DNA from: Candidatus Aenigmatarchaeota archaeon
GTDB lineage: Archaea; Aenigmatarchaeota; Aenigmatarchaeia; QMZP01; QMZT01
Reading direction: 5' to 3'
NCBI GenBank assembly: GCA_011772645.1
Contig: WVZE01000004.1
Coordinates: forward strand, 9,482 to 53,107
DNA: 43,626 bases
Shown: in pieces, positions 1 through 9,106 of the stretch
How the letters are laid out: each line of letters starts with the position of its first letter
Numbering within the stretch: position 1 is the stretch's first letter
The notes under the pieces: generated by a model
Database searches by the model: none
What the model saw: only the letters and a program-made list of their open reading frames with translations
What the model was told of the DNA's origin: nothing
Position numbers and translations under genes: made by a program

Positions 1-57
1 GACGATCAGAACCAGGAAGGTCGCTGCGAATAAAATCAGGAGCACGTAAATTATCAT
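1..57 (-). CDS. 5' end of a hydrophobic membrane protein, probably the next Mrp/Mbh subunit (MnhD/MbhH-like); runs off the window edge
   Basis: ATG at 57, just past the mnhC stop at 59, reads MIIYVLLILFAATFLVLIV. Identity inferred from operon order only. Confidence 0.45.
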   Translation of the reverse strand, partial: MIIYVLLILFAATFLVLIV

Positions 58-58
58 A

Positions 59-415
59 TCATCCCCTCAACTTATTCATTCTATCCGTATCCAGTGTTTT
101 CAGATGCCTGTATGCGAGCGTTACAATACCCAATGCCAGGGCGGTAACACTCAACTGTATCACTATCGATGTCAGGACGAGAGCCTGCGGTAGGGGGTCA
201 ACCGCACGCAAAGCGAAGTAATTTATGTTACCCAGAGTAACAATAGGAGGAATCCCCTCCGCTCGGAAACCGATTGCTATCAGCAAGAGGTGTATGGAGT
301 TCGTGAACACTCCCAAACCTATCACCTTCTTTATCATGTTCTTTTTCCAGACCATGCAGTAAATCCCTATTAATGCGACCACCACAGTTCCAACGTAAAC
401 TTCAAACATACTCAC
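59..415 (-). CDS. mnhC: Na+/H+ antiporter subunit C (MnhC/MbhG family)
   Basis: Three hydrophobic segments; KNMIKKVIGL and DPLPQALVLTSIVI are MnhC signatures. Confidence 0.9.
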   Translation of the reverse strand: MSMFEVYVGTVVVALIGIYCMVWKKNMIKKVIGLGVFTNSIHLLLIAIGFRAEGIPPIVTLGNINYFALRAVDPLPQALVLTSIVIQLSVTALALGIVTLAYRHLKTLDTDRMNKLRG

Positions 416-807
416 TCCTTCATCAGCAGGAACACTATCAATATGAGTGCCATCGAAACCATCATACCTCCAACAACGTTAAGTAACAAAATCTGCTGGG
501 CGCTCCAGAGTTCGAAAACACTACCTGTTGGTATCAGGATATCCCTGACAAATGATTCGAACAGGACAATCAAAACCAAAAACAAAGCGACAAGACCCTC
601 CACTATATGAGCCGTCTCCTCTTTTATAACCCTTTCGGCCTTTCTCAAGCCGAATGATATCGCCAATAAAGCTATCCCTGAAGCTATTATCACCCCGCCC
701 GGGAAGGAACCGCCAGGGGTTAGGTGTCCGTGGAAAAGAATGTAGACTCCAAATAGTATTATGAATGGAAACAACCCCTTTGTCACAGTCCTTATTATTA
801 TATCCAT
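412..807 (-). CDS. mnhB: Na+/H+ antiporter subunit B domain protein (MnhB/MbhF family)
   Basis: GHLTPGGSFPGG motif. Start moved to MDIIIRT (ATG at 807), which overlaps the upstream TAA (TAATG). Confidence 0.88.
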   Translation of the reverse strand: MDIIIRTVTKGLFPFIILFGVYILFHGHLTPGGSFPGGVIIASGIALLAISFGLRKAERVIKEETAHIVEGLVALFLVLIVLFESFVRDILIPTGSVFELWSAQQILLLNVVGGMMVSMALILIVFLLMKE

Positions 808-1079
808 TATTTCCGCCTCTTCATCCCGAACATCACGATCGTGAAAACACCAAGGGCAGCCGTGAACAGAACGGTTTCCTCCCCCAGCGTATCGAATCCC
901 CTGAAGTCCCACACTATCGAACTTACGAGGTTCGCCGATCCAGTGTCTTCAAGGGCGTTCTCCAGATAGTAGTTGGCAACGTGTTTTCCTTCCCACGCCC
1001 CGAAAACAGGCGAAAGAAAGACGTATAGGAAGATACCGCCAAGTACGAGCAGGCAAAGGACGAACAAAACGCTCTTCAT
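807..1079 (-). CDS. MbhE-like small antiporter subunit (MnhA/MnhB-associated segment)
   Basis: NLVSSIVWDFRGFDTLGEETVL motif; two TM segments. Confidence 0.85.
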   Translation of the reverse strand: MKSVLFVLCLLVLGGIFLYVFLSPVFGAWEGKHVANYYLENALEDTGSANLVSSIVWDFRGFDTLGEETVLFTAALGVFTIVMFGMKRRK

Positions 1080-1309
1080 TCCTCCAGCCTCCTGGTCTTC
1101 CTTATGACAATCATGTAGATCAGCGTAACCAGACCCGCATTCACAGCAGCCTCCGTGATGGCGATGTCAGGTGCCTGCAAAACGAAAAACAGCAGAGCGA
1201 GCGTGAGCGAACTGGAGGCCAGGAATATCACAGAGTATATCAGGTCCTTGAAGTGAACCGCTAAAACAGAGAACAGTATCATCAGCATTAGCAGGGGGAT
1301 AAATATCAT
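1076..1309 (-). CDS. MbhD-like / DUF4040 small antiporter subunit
   Basis: LQAPDIAITEAAVNAG motif; three TM segments; first gene of the operon. Confidence 0.85.
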   Translation of the reverse strand: MIFIPLLMLMILFSVLAVHFKDLIYSVIFLASSSLTLALLFFVLQAPDIAITEAAVNAGLVTLIYMIVIRKTRRLEE

Positions 1310-1340
1310 ATTTATATTATGGGGTTTGTTAAATTAATTC

Positions 1341-1754
1341 CTACTTCCTTTTCCTTGCCAATTCCTGTATCTCCATGGCGGTTTCATTTATCTGGTTCGC
1401 TGTTTTCGCCATCTGTTCCTGTATCTCCTTGCCTGCCTTTTCGAGTTCCTTCTCCCTCTCCTCAAGAAAGGGGCCTGCGGATTCCAGCGTCTTGTTCGCC
1501 ATTACGTTCGCTCCCAGATTAATCAGGAAAGTTTTCAGATCCGTTACCTTCCCCTTTCCGTAGCAACCGCTGCCCAAGGGAATGAGAACATCATTCGTTA
1601 CCTTCCCCTTCTTCAAATCCTTTAAAACCTCCTGGGTGGTCTTGATCTCCATGAACTGCCTTTCAACGAGTTCAAGCTGTTCCCTGAGACTTTCCAGGTT
1701 CTGTTGCAGGAGCTGGTAGAGAACGTATTTCTCCTGGAGTTTTTCCTCTGACAT
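1341..1754 (-). CDS. pfdA: Prefoldin alpha subunit
   Basis: Coiled coil / beta-hairpins (VLIPLGSGCY, LINLGANV) / coiled coil. Start moved to MSEEKLQ (ATG at 1754). Confidence 0.88.
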   Translation of the reverse strand: MSEEKLQEKYVLYQLLQQNLESLREQLELVERQFMEIKTTQEVLKDLKKGKVTNDVLIPLGSGCYGKGKVTDLKTFLINLGANVMANKTLESAGPFLEEREKELEKAGKEIQEQMAKTANQINETAMEIQELARKRK

Positions 1755-1803
1755 GGAAATCACGTAATAATAAATTCGGTTTTGCGTATTTAAATAAGAA
1801 GTT

Positions 1804-4800
1804 CTATTCGCAGTGAGCCGCTTCCCAGTAACACTTTCCGTTTGTGTAATCATTGCAGCTCCCCTTGTTTGTTATGTCAGCGCAGTCAAAGCTGAAAGGG
1901 TCGGTTCCGATTTTCCGGCAGTAGTCACCTACTGTTTCGTTGTTGTTAATCCACTTACAACCTACATTGGTGCATGTTGCCCTCTTCCTTACATTGCTGC
2001 AGGCAAACTGACCCCCTGCACAAGCGGCGTCTTCCCATGCACAGTCATTGTTCTCACAGGCAGCAGGATCTGTGATTGAAGTGCAGTAAGGATCATCTTC
2101 AGATTTCGCCGCACACGCCAGAGCAGGGGCATATACCCTGTCGTAACAGTTATAGTATTCTCGAACGTCTATCTGGAAGGTTCCTTTTGAAGTTCCAACA
2201 TTAGTCCAGAATTTCTTTTCGCTGTCCTCTTTGAATTTGGCAAAATAGTCTCTCCACTCACACGGAGAACATTCCAAGCTGTGTGTAGGGTTGTCTGTTC
2301 CTGCCGCGTTCGCGCTGCATAACCTATCATACTTCGGACGTTCAGTGTATTCTATCGCGCTCTGCAGTGGATCTTTGTTTGGGCATGAACACCACCAGTA
2401 TCTGATACGAATAGTCCATCCATCACAAGCTCCATTGCTAACGTCTGTTGCCATTATCCATATATCATCCGTGGCATTGTAAGGGTAAGTCCAGTCCGGG
2501 TTCATGTCATGCCCTACTTTTACATCAACTTCACAACCTTTCATGCAATTGGGATGGCATATGCTTCCCACCGGTTCACAATCAGCACACGTACAGTCCT
2601 CTTCTGAGCATGTTGAATATTCAGGGTAGTCAAGCCAGTTGGGGTATGTTTGGTGGCACTTATCTCCCGGGCAACCGCAGTCATCATTGGAATCGCATTC
2701 GGCTCCACACTGGCCCTTAACACACGAATATTCGAACGGGTCATACTCACAGATGCACTGCCCGCAGTCTCCGTAAGCGTCCCTTGTCCCCAACTTTTTA
2801 CCTGAACATTCGCTTGTCGTTTGTGAGCAGTAAAGGTTGTTGTTAGTCCCAGGCAGTTCGCACTCCTCGGGAGGAGTAACCATCCCGTCACCGCAGAATG
2901 CGCAATCATCCCAGGTCATACAGGAGGTTCCTGGTGTCCCGGGCTGGACTTTTTTGCACACAAACTGATCATAATCACATATCTTCTCATAACAGTCGCT
3001 GTTCACACTGCAGGAATCACCAGGCTTGGTTACAGGCTCCTCTTCGCAAGTGAACGTCGAATAATCACAGATATCATGGAAACAATTATCATACGTTTGG
3101 CACTCATCCATTCCAGGACCTTCCACAACCTTACACTGCTGCCCGACGTAATCACACACCCTGTGCTGTTCACAATCATCGAATGTTACGCACTCATCAG
3201 TCCCCGGAGCTTCAGCTGTATCGCAGGTCAAATCCACGTAATTACATTCTGTGTGCGTGCAATCACCGAATGTAGAACACTCATCAACACCCTCGCCTTC
3301 CACTATTTTACACTGGTCCAGTATGTAATCACATACCTTATGCTGGGGACAATCCCCGAACGTTACGCACTCGTCATCTCCGGGAGTCCCGACCAGCTCG
3401 CAGGTCAGTTTTTGATAATTACATTCCATATGTGACGGTTTGTACTGGCACATGTAGTTGCAATCCCCTGTGTTTGGCTCAAGCTCGTCACATTCCGGGT
3501 CTGATGTACACCCTGTATAATCGCTCTCGCAGTTGTTATCTTCCAATTCACAAACCTCGTTACAGTAATCCTGCAGATAATCATAACCGTAGTCACACGT
3601 TTCCAGATAAGTCATTGGAGGATGGCCGTCGCACTCAAAATCCCCAGAACAGTAATATTCACATTCGTTTACATGCTCATACTGGCAGTTCACGCAGTGG
3701 TAGTAGGTGTTGTCTCCCTTGCATGTGTACTCATGTCCCCACGGACCCCACCCTGCGTAGTCCCCTGCGATCTCGCATTCCTCTCCTGGGTCCAGAATAC
3801 CATCACCGCAGTAATAACAATCATCAAACGTTTCGCACTCATCCGTTCCATCCCCGGCAACAGGTTCGCAAATCCTATCTATGTAATCGCACTCATAATG
3901 CCTGCAATCATCATCATTCACACACCCCACCTGTCCTGTCCCAGCGACTGCGACGCAACTTATGTCCTGGCATACGTAATCAATACAGTCCGAATCTTTC
4001 GTGCATTCATCTATCCCTTGGGACTCGTCAATTATACAACTCATGCCGCTACAAATGGTGTGCACACAGTCATCGAATGTTAGACACTGGTCTTCCCCAG
4101 GACCTTCCACAACCTTACACTGCTGCCCGACGTAATCACACACCCTGTGCTGTTCGCAATCATCGAATGTCTGACACTCAACATAACCGTTTCCGGCAAC
4201 AGCATCACAAGTCAAATCCACATAGTTGCAAACGTAGTCAGTACAACCCGCGTCTGTTGAACACTCATCAGTCCCCGGGGACTGCGAGGTTATACAACTC
4301 ATCCCTTCGCACACATTATGTATGCAATCATCATAAGTACTGCACAACGTTCCTGGAGTACCGGGCTCAGCCTTCTTACACACCTGCTGGCCGTAATCGC
4401 ATATCTTCTCATAACAGTCGCTGTTCACACTGCAGGAATCACCAGGCTTGGTTACAGGCTCCTCTTCGCAAGTGAACGTCGAATAATCACAGATATCATG
4501 TAAACAATTATCATACGTTTGGCACTCATCAGTCCCTGCGCCTTCCACGATCTTGCATGCCTGCTGGTCATAATCACAGATTTTGTGATGAGGACAGTCC
4601 CCAAACGTTTCGCACTCATCTTCACCCGGCTCAAGTTCGATGACGCTATCGCATATCATATCAACGTAATTGCAAAACGTATGCTCACAACCGTAAACCG
4701 TCACGTAAGTCTCAGGGAATTCTTCAAAGACAGTTGTTTCGTTGTAATTCAGGTATTCAACTCCCGAATCCGGGTATACATTGGTTAGATTGTAACCAAG

Positions 4801-6201
4801 CTGATACAGGTAAACTTTGAAGGAAATTACTAAGGTCTCGTTTATGTTCACCGTTCCGAGCTCACATGTTATTTTCCTTTCACTCTCATTATATTCGCAT
4901 TCTCCCGGAAGAGTGGATACGTTCAATTCAACATAGTCAGGCATATAATCTGTGACAACAACATTAGTTCCCGCCACGGTTGTTATGACCTCTTCGGCTA
5001 TCTCCTCGTAGATTTCCTCCAGATCCTCGCTGTCCGGAACGTAATAAGATTTCCCACCCGTAAGGTTGGCGATATCCCCCATAAGACTCTGGTTCGCGTT
5101 CTCCCCTAGAGCGATGGTGTATATCACGATCCCGTTGTCCACAGCTTCCTGCACGCTTTCAAAAACTCTCTGATGACAATCTGGTGGTGGGCTCTTTGAG
5201 CCGCAGTTATTGTTTCCGTCAGAAAGCATGACCTGAACCCACGGAACGTCCACCCTTCCGTTTGCAACCAATTCCCGTGTTCCGTAATCAATGCCCTGGC
5301 TCATGTTGGTCCAGCCACCTGCGCCCATACCATCTATTGCGGATTTGACAGCATTTTTGTTAAATGTCAGCCCCTGCTCAAGTTTTGCATTGGTGTTGAA
5401 TGAAACCAGGCCCAGTTTATCATTTGAACCCAAGAAATCAACAAAAGTTTTCGCCGCGATCTTTGCATCGCCTATTGGCTGCCAATCGCTTATGTTATCA
5501 TCCCACCCATCATCATCCATGCTGCCCGAATTGTCAAAAACGAGAACAACGTCCACTGGATAATGCTGCTCGCATGCCTCCCCTTTACCTTCAATTGTGA
5601 GTGTTATCGTCGTCTCCTCGCAATACAGTTCAGTCGGGTTTGCCTCCTTGTCAACCTCCAGGTAAGGCGGTGTGCACTCATCCATGCAATCTTCATTGGT
5701 TTCACACCCATCTTCCCCAGAACAGTCAATCGTTAAGCAAACCTCCTCCTCATAATCGCATTCCGTGTGTATGCAGTCATCAAACTTTTCGCACTCATCC
5801 GCCCCTTCACCATCCACGATCTTGCATGCCCGCTGGCCGTAATCGCATACCTTATGTGTTGGAGGCGGACACTGAACATTCCCTCCGCCACCGCCAGAGA
5901 AACCGCCACCTCCTCCGCCAGAGACGCTAGTTTTTGGGATAGGATCATTTGTTTCCTCGGGTTCAGGAGGTTCTGGCTTGGGAGGAGCTTCCTCTCCGCC
6001 CTCATTATCCATCATTTCATAGAAACCCATAACCTCAACAGAGGGGTTCTCTCTAATTCCAGTCTCTCCGGTTAAGCCAGTTTCGTGCAGTTCCCCCTTT
6101 CCTTCGGCAGGTCCATAGAGTGCGAAAAGGATAAGACAGAGTCCTATGGCAATTAAACCCAGGCTGTACTTCACGAACCCTTTGTTTAGGATGCCCCTCA
6201 T
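1804..6201 (-). CDS. Large secreted or membrane-anchored Cys-rich repeat protein with a VWA domain (putative adhesin)
   Basis: N-terminal basic plus hydrophobic segment; Pro/Gly linker; VWA MIDAS residues (DNSGS, GWTN, SDG); many HxxCDYxxxxC...DECxTxxDC repeats; two CGDG...EECE motifs resembling Myxococcus Cys-rich repeats. Confidence 0.85.
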   Translation of the reverse strand: MRGILNKGFVKYSLGLIAIGLCLILFALYGPAEGKGELHETGLTGETGIRENPSVEVMGFYEMMDNEGGEEAPPKPEPPEPEETNDPIPKTSVSGGGGGGFSGGGGGNVQCPPPTHKVCDYGQRACKIVDGEGADECEKFDDCIHTECDYEEEVCLTIDCSGEDGCETNEDCMDECTPPYLEVDKEANPTELYCEETTITLTIEGKGEACEQHYPVDVVLVFDNSGSMDDDGWDDNISDWQPIGDAKIAAKTFVDFLGSNDKLGLVSFNTNAKLEQGLTFNKNAVKSAIDGMGAGGWTNMSQGIDYGTRELVANGRVDVPWVQVMLSDGNNNCGSKSPPPDCHQRVFESVQEAVDNGIVIYTIALGENANQSLMGDIANLTGGKSYYVPDSEDLEEIYEEIAEEVITTVAGTNVVVTDYMPDYVELNVSTLPGECEYNESERKITCELGTVNINETLVISFKVYLYQLGYNLTNVYPDSGVEYLNYNETTVFEEFPETYVTVYGCEHTFCNYVDMICDSVIELEPGEDECETFGDCPHHKICDYDQQACKIVEGAGTDECQTYDNCLHDICDYSTFTCEEEPVTKPGDSCSVNSDCYEKICDYGQQVCKKAEPGTPGTLCSTYDDCIHNVCEGMSCITSQSPGTDECSTDAGCTDYVCNYVDLTCDAVAGNGYVECQTFDDCEQHRVCDYVGQQCKVVEGPGEDQCLTFDDCVHTICSGMSCIIDESQGIDECTKDSDCIDYVCQDISCVAVAGTGQVGCVNDDDCRHYECDYIDRICEPVAGDGTDECETFDDCYYCGDGILDPGEECEIAGDYAGWGPWGHEYTCKGDNTYYHCVNCQYEHVNECEYYCSGDFECDGHPPMTYLETCDYGYDYLQDYCNEVCELEDNNCESDYTGCTSDPECDELEPNTGDCNYMCQYKPSHMECNYQKLTCELVGTPGDDECVTFGDCPQHKVCDYILDQCKIVEGEGVDECSTFGDCTHTECNYVDLTCDTAEAPGTDECVTFDDCEQHRVCDYVGQQCKVVEGPGMDECQTYDNCFHDICDYSTFTCEEEPVTKPGDSCSVNSDCYEKICDYDQFVCKKVQPGTPGTSCMTWDDCAFCGDGMVTPPEECELPGTNNNLYCSQTTSECSGKKLGTRDAYGDCGQCICEYDPFEYSCVKGQCGAECDSNDDCGCPGDKCHQTYPNWLDYPEYSTCSEEDCTCADCEPVGSICHPNCMKGCEVDVKVGHDMNPDWTYPYNATDDIWIMATDVSNGACDGWTIRIRYWWCSCPNKDPLQSAIEYTERPKYDRLCSANAAGTDNPTHSLECSPCEWRDYFAKFKEDSEKKFWTNVGTSKGTFQIDVREYYNCYDRVYAPALACAAKSEDDPYCTSITDPAACENNDCAWEDAACAGGQFACSNVRKRATCTNVGCKWINNNETVGDYCRKIGTDPFSFDCADITNKGSCNDYTNGKCYWEAAHCE
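2978..3108. repeat. 131-bp intragenic direct repeat, copy of 4400-4530
   Basis: By-eye alignment is identical except for one position. Confidence 0.9.
3113..3186. repeat. 74-bp intragenic direct repeat, copy of 4097-4170
   Basis: By-eye alignment is identical except for one position. Confidence 0.88.
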
Positions 6202-6280
6202 GCTATCAGATTGTGATAACCAAGTAGTTAATAATAGTAAGTTTTAAATACCTTGTATTTTCCAAGAAATTGCGTTAAAT

Positions 6281-6622
6281 TTATAACAATTTAAGCTCTT
6301 TAGTTAACCTGTCAATTCTGTCCTCTTCGACCGGTCCGATGCCAAGGGAGGTGACAGTTCCAGGTTCGATCTGTGTTTTGCCCGCATCTCTTATCACGGC
6401 GTACGGGATTCGCTCGCTCTTCACCCTCTCCTTAAGTTCCATGAGTTTTTTCAAATTCTCAACCTTGAGGACCACCTTCTTCGATCCTCCCTCCTCCCAG
6501 CGCTCCCTTGTTTCAAGATCAGTCTCCTTGTACGCCTCCAGGGAGGCGTGCGCCACCTGGGCGGCGATCTTTCCCTTGTCCATTCCCAGATCCTTCCTTA
6601 CGACGATCACCTGCTTGTACAT
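6281..6622 (-). CDS. pth2: Peptidyl-tRNA hydrolase, archaeal/eukaryotic type
   Basis: KQVIVVRKDLGMDKGKIAAQVAHAS, KKVVLKV and DAGKTQIEPGTVT motifs; start at MYKQ. Confidence 0.96.
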   Translation of the reverse strand: MYKQVIVVRKDLGMDKGKIAAQVAHASLEAYKETDLETRERWEEGGSKKVVLKVENLKKLMELKERVKSERIPYAVIRDAGKTQIEPGTVTSLGIGPVEEDRIDRLTKELKLL

Positions 6623-6664
6623 ATTATTAGAATAGATCAAACTGGATTATAAAAAGACCTACCT

Positions 6665-6686
6665 AAAAATAAAAAAATCAAATAAA
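6665..6686 (-). terminator. Oligo-T tract after the pilin gene; probable archaeal intrinsic terminator
   Basis: Minus strand reads TTTATTTGATTTTTTTATTTTT about 25 nt past the pilin stop. Confidence 0.5.
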
Positions 6687-6709
6687 GATGGGAAGGGCGG
6701 TTATTATAT

Positions 6710-7183
6710 TTAACTGACAGTTCCTGTCACGGTTCCTGTTTCAGTGAAACCCTTCAACCCTGAGTCAAGATTGTCATACGTTAGACTCACTGATGCCGTG
6801 TAGGTGTTTCCCGATGTGAACCCTGGGCAGTCCGCTTCCACCTTAAATGTTCCTCCTATTCCAGCCTCCACGTAAGCAGCACCATTAAAGTCCGGGTTAT
6901 TACAGGATGTTGCACCTATCGTCACCGTAACTGCCGTGAAGTTCAACCTAGAAGCCAAGTTGTTCTTGAGATTCAGTTCGAAGTTGTCCGTTGCCGATGT
7001 ATTCAATTTCCAGTTACCTGTTGCCGGTGCTCCTATGTTGGCAAATCCGGTTGCCCTAGAACCTGCGTACGTCGCTGGATTGAACACCCCCAAGGCGTAG
7101 AGAGCCGCTGCCACTATTATGACGATCAGTATTGCCCAACCGTATGTCATCAAATACTCCATTGCAGATTGTCCTTTCTTCAT
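6710..7183 (-). CDS. Archaeal type IV pilin-like protein (class III signal peptide)
   Basis: MKKG/QSAMEYLMTYGWAILIVIIV: basic leader, G|Q cleavage site, E at +5, hydrophobic helix; Cys pair in a beta-rich head. Confidence 0.9.
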   Translation of the reverse strand: MKKGQSAMEYLMTYGWAILIVIIVAAALYALGVFNPATYAGSRATGFANIGAPATGNWKLNTSATDNFELNLKNNLASRLNFTAVTVTIGATSCNNPDFNGAAYVEAGIGGTFKVEADCPGFTSGNTYTASVSLTYDNLDSGLKGFTETGTVTGTVS

Positions 7184-7213
7184 GTTGATCACTTTATAAT
7201 TGGTCTAAACTGG

Positions 7214-7221
7214 TATATAAA
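7214..7221 (-). promoter_or_regulatory. Putative TATA box of the pilin gene
   Basis: TTTATATA on the minus strand about 30 nt upstream of the ATG at 7183. Confidence 0.5.
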
Positions 7222-7223
7222 TT

Positions 7224-8174
7224 TTAGGCAGGCAGGAAACCTGCAAACATGCTGCTTATAACCATCCTCGCACCGAAGAAGACGAGCAAGGCGATTATCA
7301 TGAAAATAGGAATGTACTTTATCCCACCCTTCTCCTTCCCGGTGTCTATCAGGCCTATTATTATCCCGGAGAAGAACGTTGTGATTATTATCGAAACCAC
7401 CGAGAACAGCAAAAGGAAGTCAGGGGAAACCGAGATACCGAACTTGAAAAACGGGATGTTGGTCGAGAAGGATTCCGGTAGGTTTCCGGCAGAGGAAAAC
7501 ATGGTTAGGGTCGTAATGAGATAGAGCGAGAGAGCGTAAAGGACCGGGGCTCCCAGTATCCCCGCGAAGACTATGAATATCCCGTACATTATTATGTTCG
7601 CCTTTACCTCCTTCTTCAATGCCTGTTTCCTTCTGATATCTATTGCATTTTCCTCGAGCAGGGCGACCAGCTGGCCTCCTGATCTTGAACCCTCGCTTAT
7701 CAGCTTTACCGCCCTCTCCAGAATCTCCGATCTTATATACCTCGGAATCTGCTGCAGGCCGTCCGCCAGGGATTTGCCCGTCATTATCTCTTTGCCAGAT
7801 CTCTTTATCGCCTCTGCAAGCGGTCCGAATTCGCTCCTGGCTGAGAGAAGCAACGCCTTGCTCGGTATGAAGCCAGACCGTATATTAGCAGCTGTTAACT
7901 CCAGTGCGTCAGGAAGAACGTTCTCCACAAAATTCCTTCTCCTGTCCACCGCCAGTATGAGCCACCCGTTGAGAAGGAAGAAGATGCCGCAAAAGACACC
8001 AATGAAAACGTAAACCATGTAGGCACTCACGAAGAACGCAATTACCCCTGCGATTATCAAGCTCATTACCAGGGAATTGGTTATGTATTTCTCAGGGGTC
8101 GTTTTCATGCCTGAGAACTCTATCATTTTCCTTACCCAGTTTCTGTAGCGTGGTGGGAAAAATTTATGCAGCAT
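7224..8174 (-). CDS. Type II secretion system F family / TadC-like pilus platform membrane protein
   Basis: VENVLPDALELTAANIRSG, SEFGPLAE and RSGGQLVALLEE motifs; TM clusters. Confidence 0.88.
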   Translation of the reverse strand: MLHKFFPPRYRNWVRKMIEFSGMKTTPEKYITNSLVMSLIIAGVIAFFVSAYMVYVFIGVFCGIFFLLNGWLILAVDRRRNFVENVLPDALELTAANIRSGFIPSKALLLSARSEFGPLAEAIKRSGKEIMTGKSLADGLQQIPRYIRSEILERAVKLISEGSRSGGQLVALLEENAIDIRRKQALKKEVKANIIMYGIFIVFAGILGAPVLYALSLYLITTLTMFSSAGNLPESFSTNIPFFKFGISVSPDFLLLFSVVSIIITTFFSGIIIGLIDTGKEKGGIKYIPIFMIIALLVFFGARMVISSMFAGFLPA

Positions 8175-8175
8175 A

Positions 8176-9069
8176 TCAATCTATCCCTATCGGCCTCCTT
8201 GACTTTATCAGACCCACGAACATGAACTGAAATAACACAAGCATCCCTATTATCCCGATCAGTATGAGCTCCAGGTTTATTGTCAGGCCTGTGAAGGAGG
8301 CGAGAACCAAGAGAAATGTTATGCCCAACGTGGGAAATATGACAGCAAAAAGCATGTACATCAGGGCGAGAGGATTCAGCTGGGAGCCGTACTTCTTTAT
8401 GGACACCCTCTGCTCCACTGCCAGATTGTCAACTATCTCCCTCATCGTCCCTCCTATGTCCGCCCCTGATTTCAGGGCGTTGATCATCTGCCACATCACA
8501 CGCCTAAAGAAGAAGGAGGGGGTTTCCCTTGTCAGGATTTCCAATGCCTCAGCCTCGGATTTCCCTGTGTTTATTTCGTTCACGACCCTTCTTATTTCAT
8601 GGGAAAGCAGGCCGTACTCACTTCTTGCTATCGAAATCAGCGTGTTGTAAAGAGGGACGCCAGCCCTCACCTGAACCAGAACATGGTGAAGCATGTATGG
8701 CAGATTCTTCTCTATGTCCTTGATCTTTCTGGTTGCGGAAAGTTTCGGATAGAAGGAAAGGAAGAGAAAACCCGCAAGGCCTATGCTGCCCCCGGACAGG
8801 AGAGATATTGATAATGCCTTCAATAACTCTGCCCTCGCAGCGATTGTCACGATAAATATCGCGGAGAACACGATAATGAAATAGAATATCAGCGTGAACA
8901 TCGCTATGGACATCCACCTTCTGGGGCTTATCCCAAACCCCGCTTGTTCCAGTTCGAACTCCAGCGAGGGAAAGAATTTCGATAGGTTCTCACCTAACCC
9001 TAGAAAGTGCTCTGAGATACTCCTGACCTTATCGTAAGGCAGAGGCAGGAATGGGATTTTGTTTTTCAC
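8176..9069 (-). CDS. Type II secretion system F family / TadB-TadC-like pilus platform membrane protein
   Basis: IEKNLPYML...VRAGVPL, YGLLSHE and KSGADIG motifs; paired with the adjacent paralog. Confidence 0.88.
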   Translation of the reverse strand: MKNKIPFLPLPYDKVRSISEHFLGLGENLSKFFPSLEFELEQAGFGISPRRWMSIAMFTLIFYFIIVFSAIFIVTIAARAELLKALSISLLSGGSIGLAGFLFLSFYPKLSATRKIKDIEKNLPYMLHHVLVQVRAGVPLYNTLISIARSEYGLLSHEIRRVVNEINTGKSEAEALEILTRETPSFFFRRVMWQMINALKSGADIGGTMREIVDNLAVEQRVSIKKYGSQLNPLALMYMLFAVIFPTLGITFLLVLASFTGLTINLELILIGIIGMLVLFQFMFVGLIKSRRPIGID

Positions 9070-9106
9070 ATAGAATATTTGTTTTAGATCGAATATAAGT
9101 TTTGGG

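Noticed and set aside
3432-4475. 347-aa plus-strand ORF and other ORFs antisense to the VWA gene
   Set aside because: Shadow frames of a biased, repetitive gene, with no recognisable motifs.
2978-4530. Near-identical repeat pairs as DGR template/variable repeats
   Set aside because: Only one mismatch per pair, all copies are in frame within one gene, and no reverse transcriptase is in the window.
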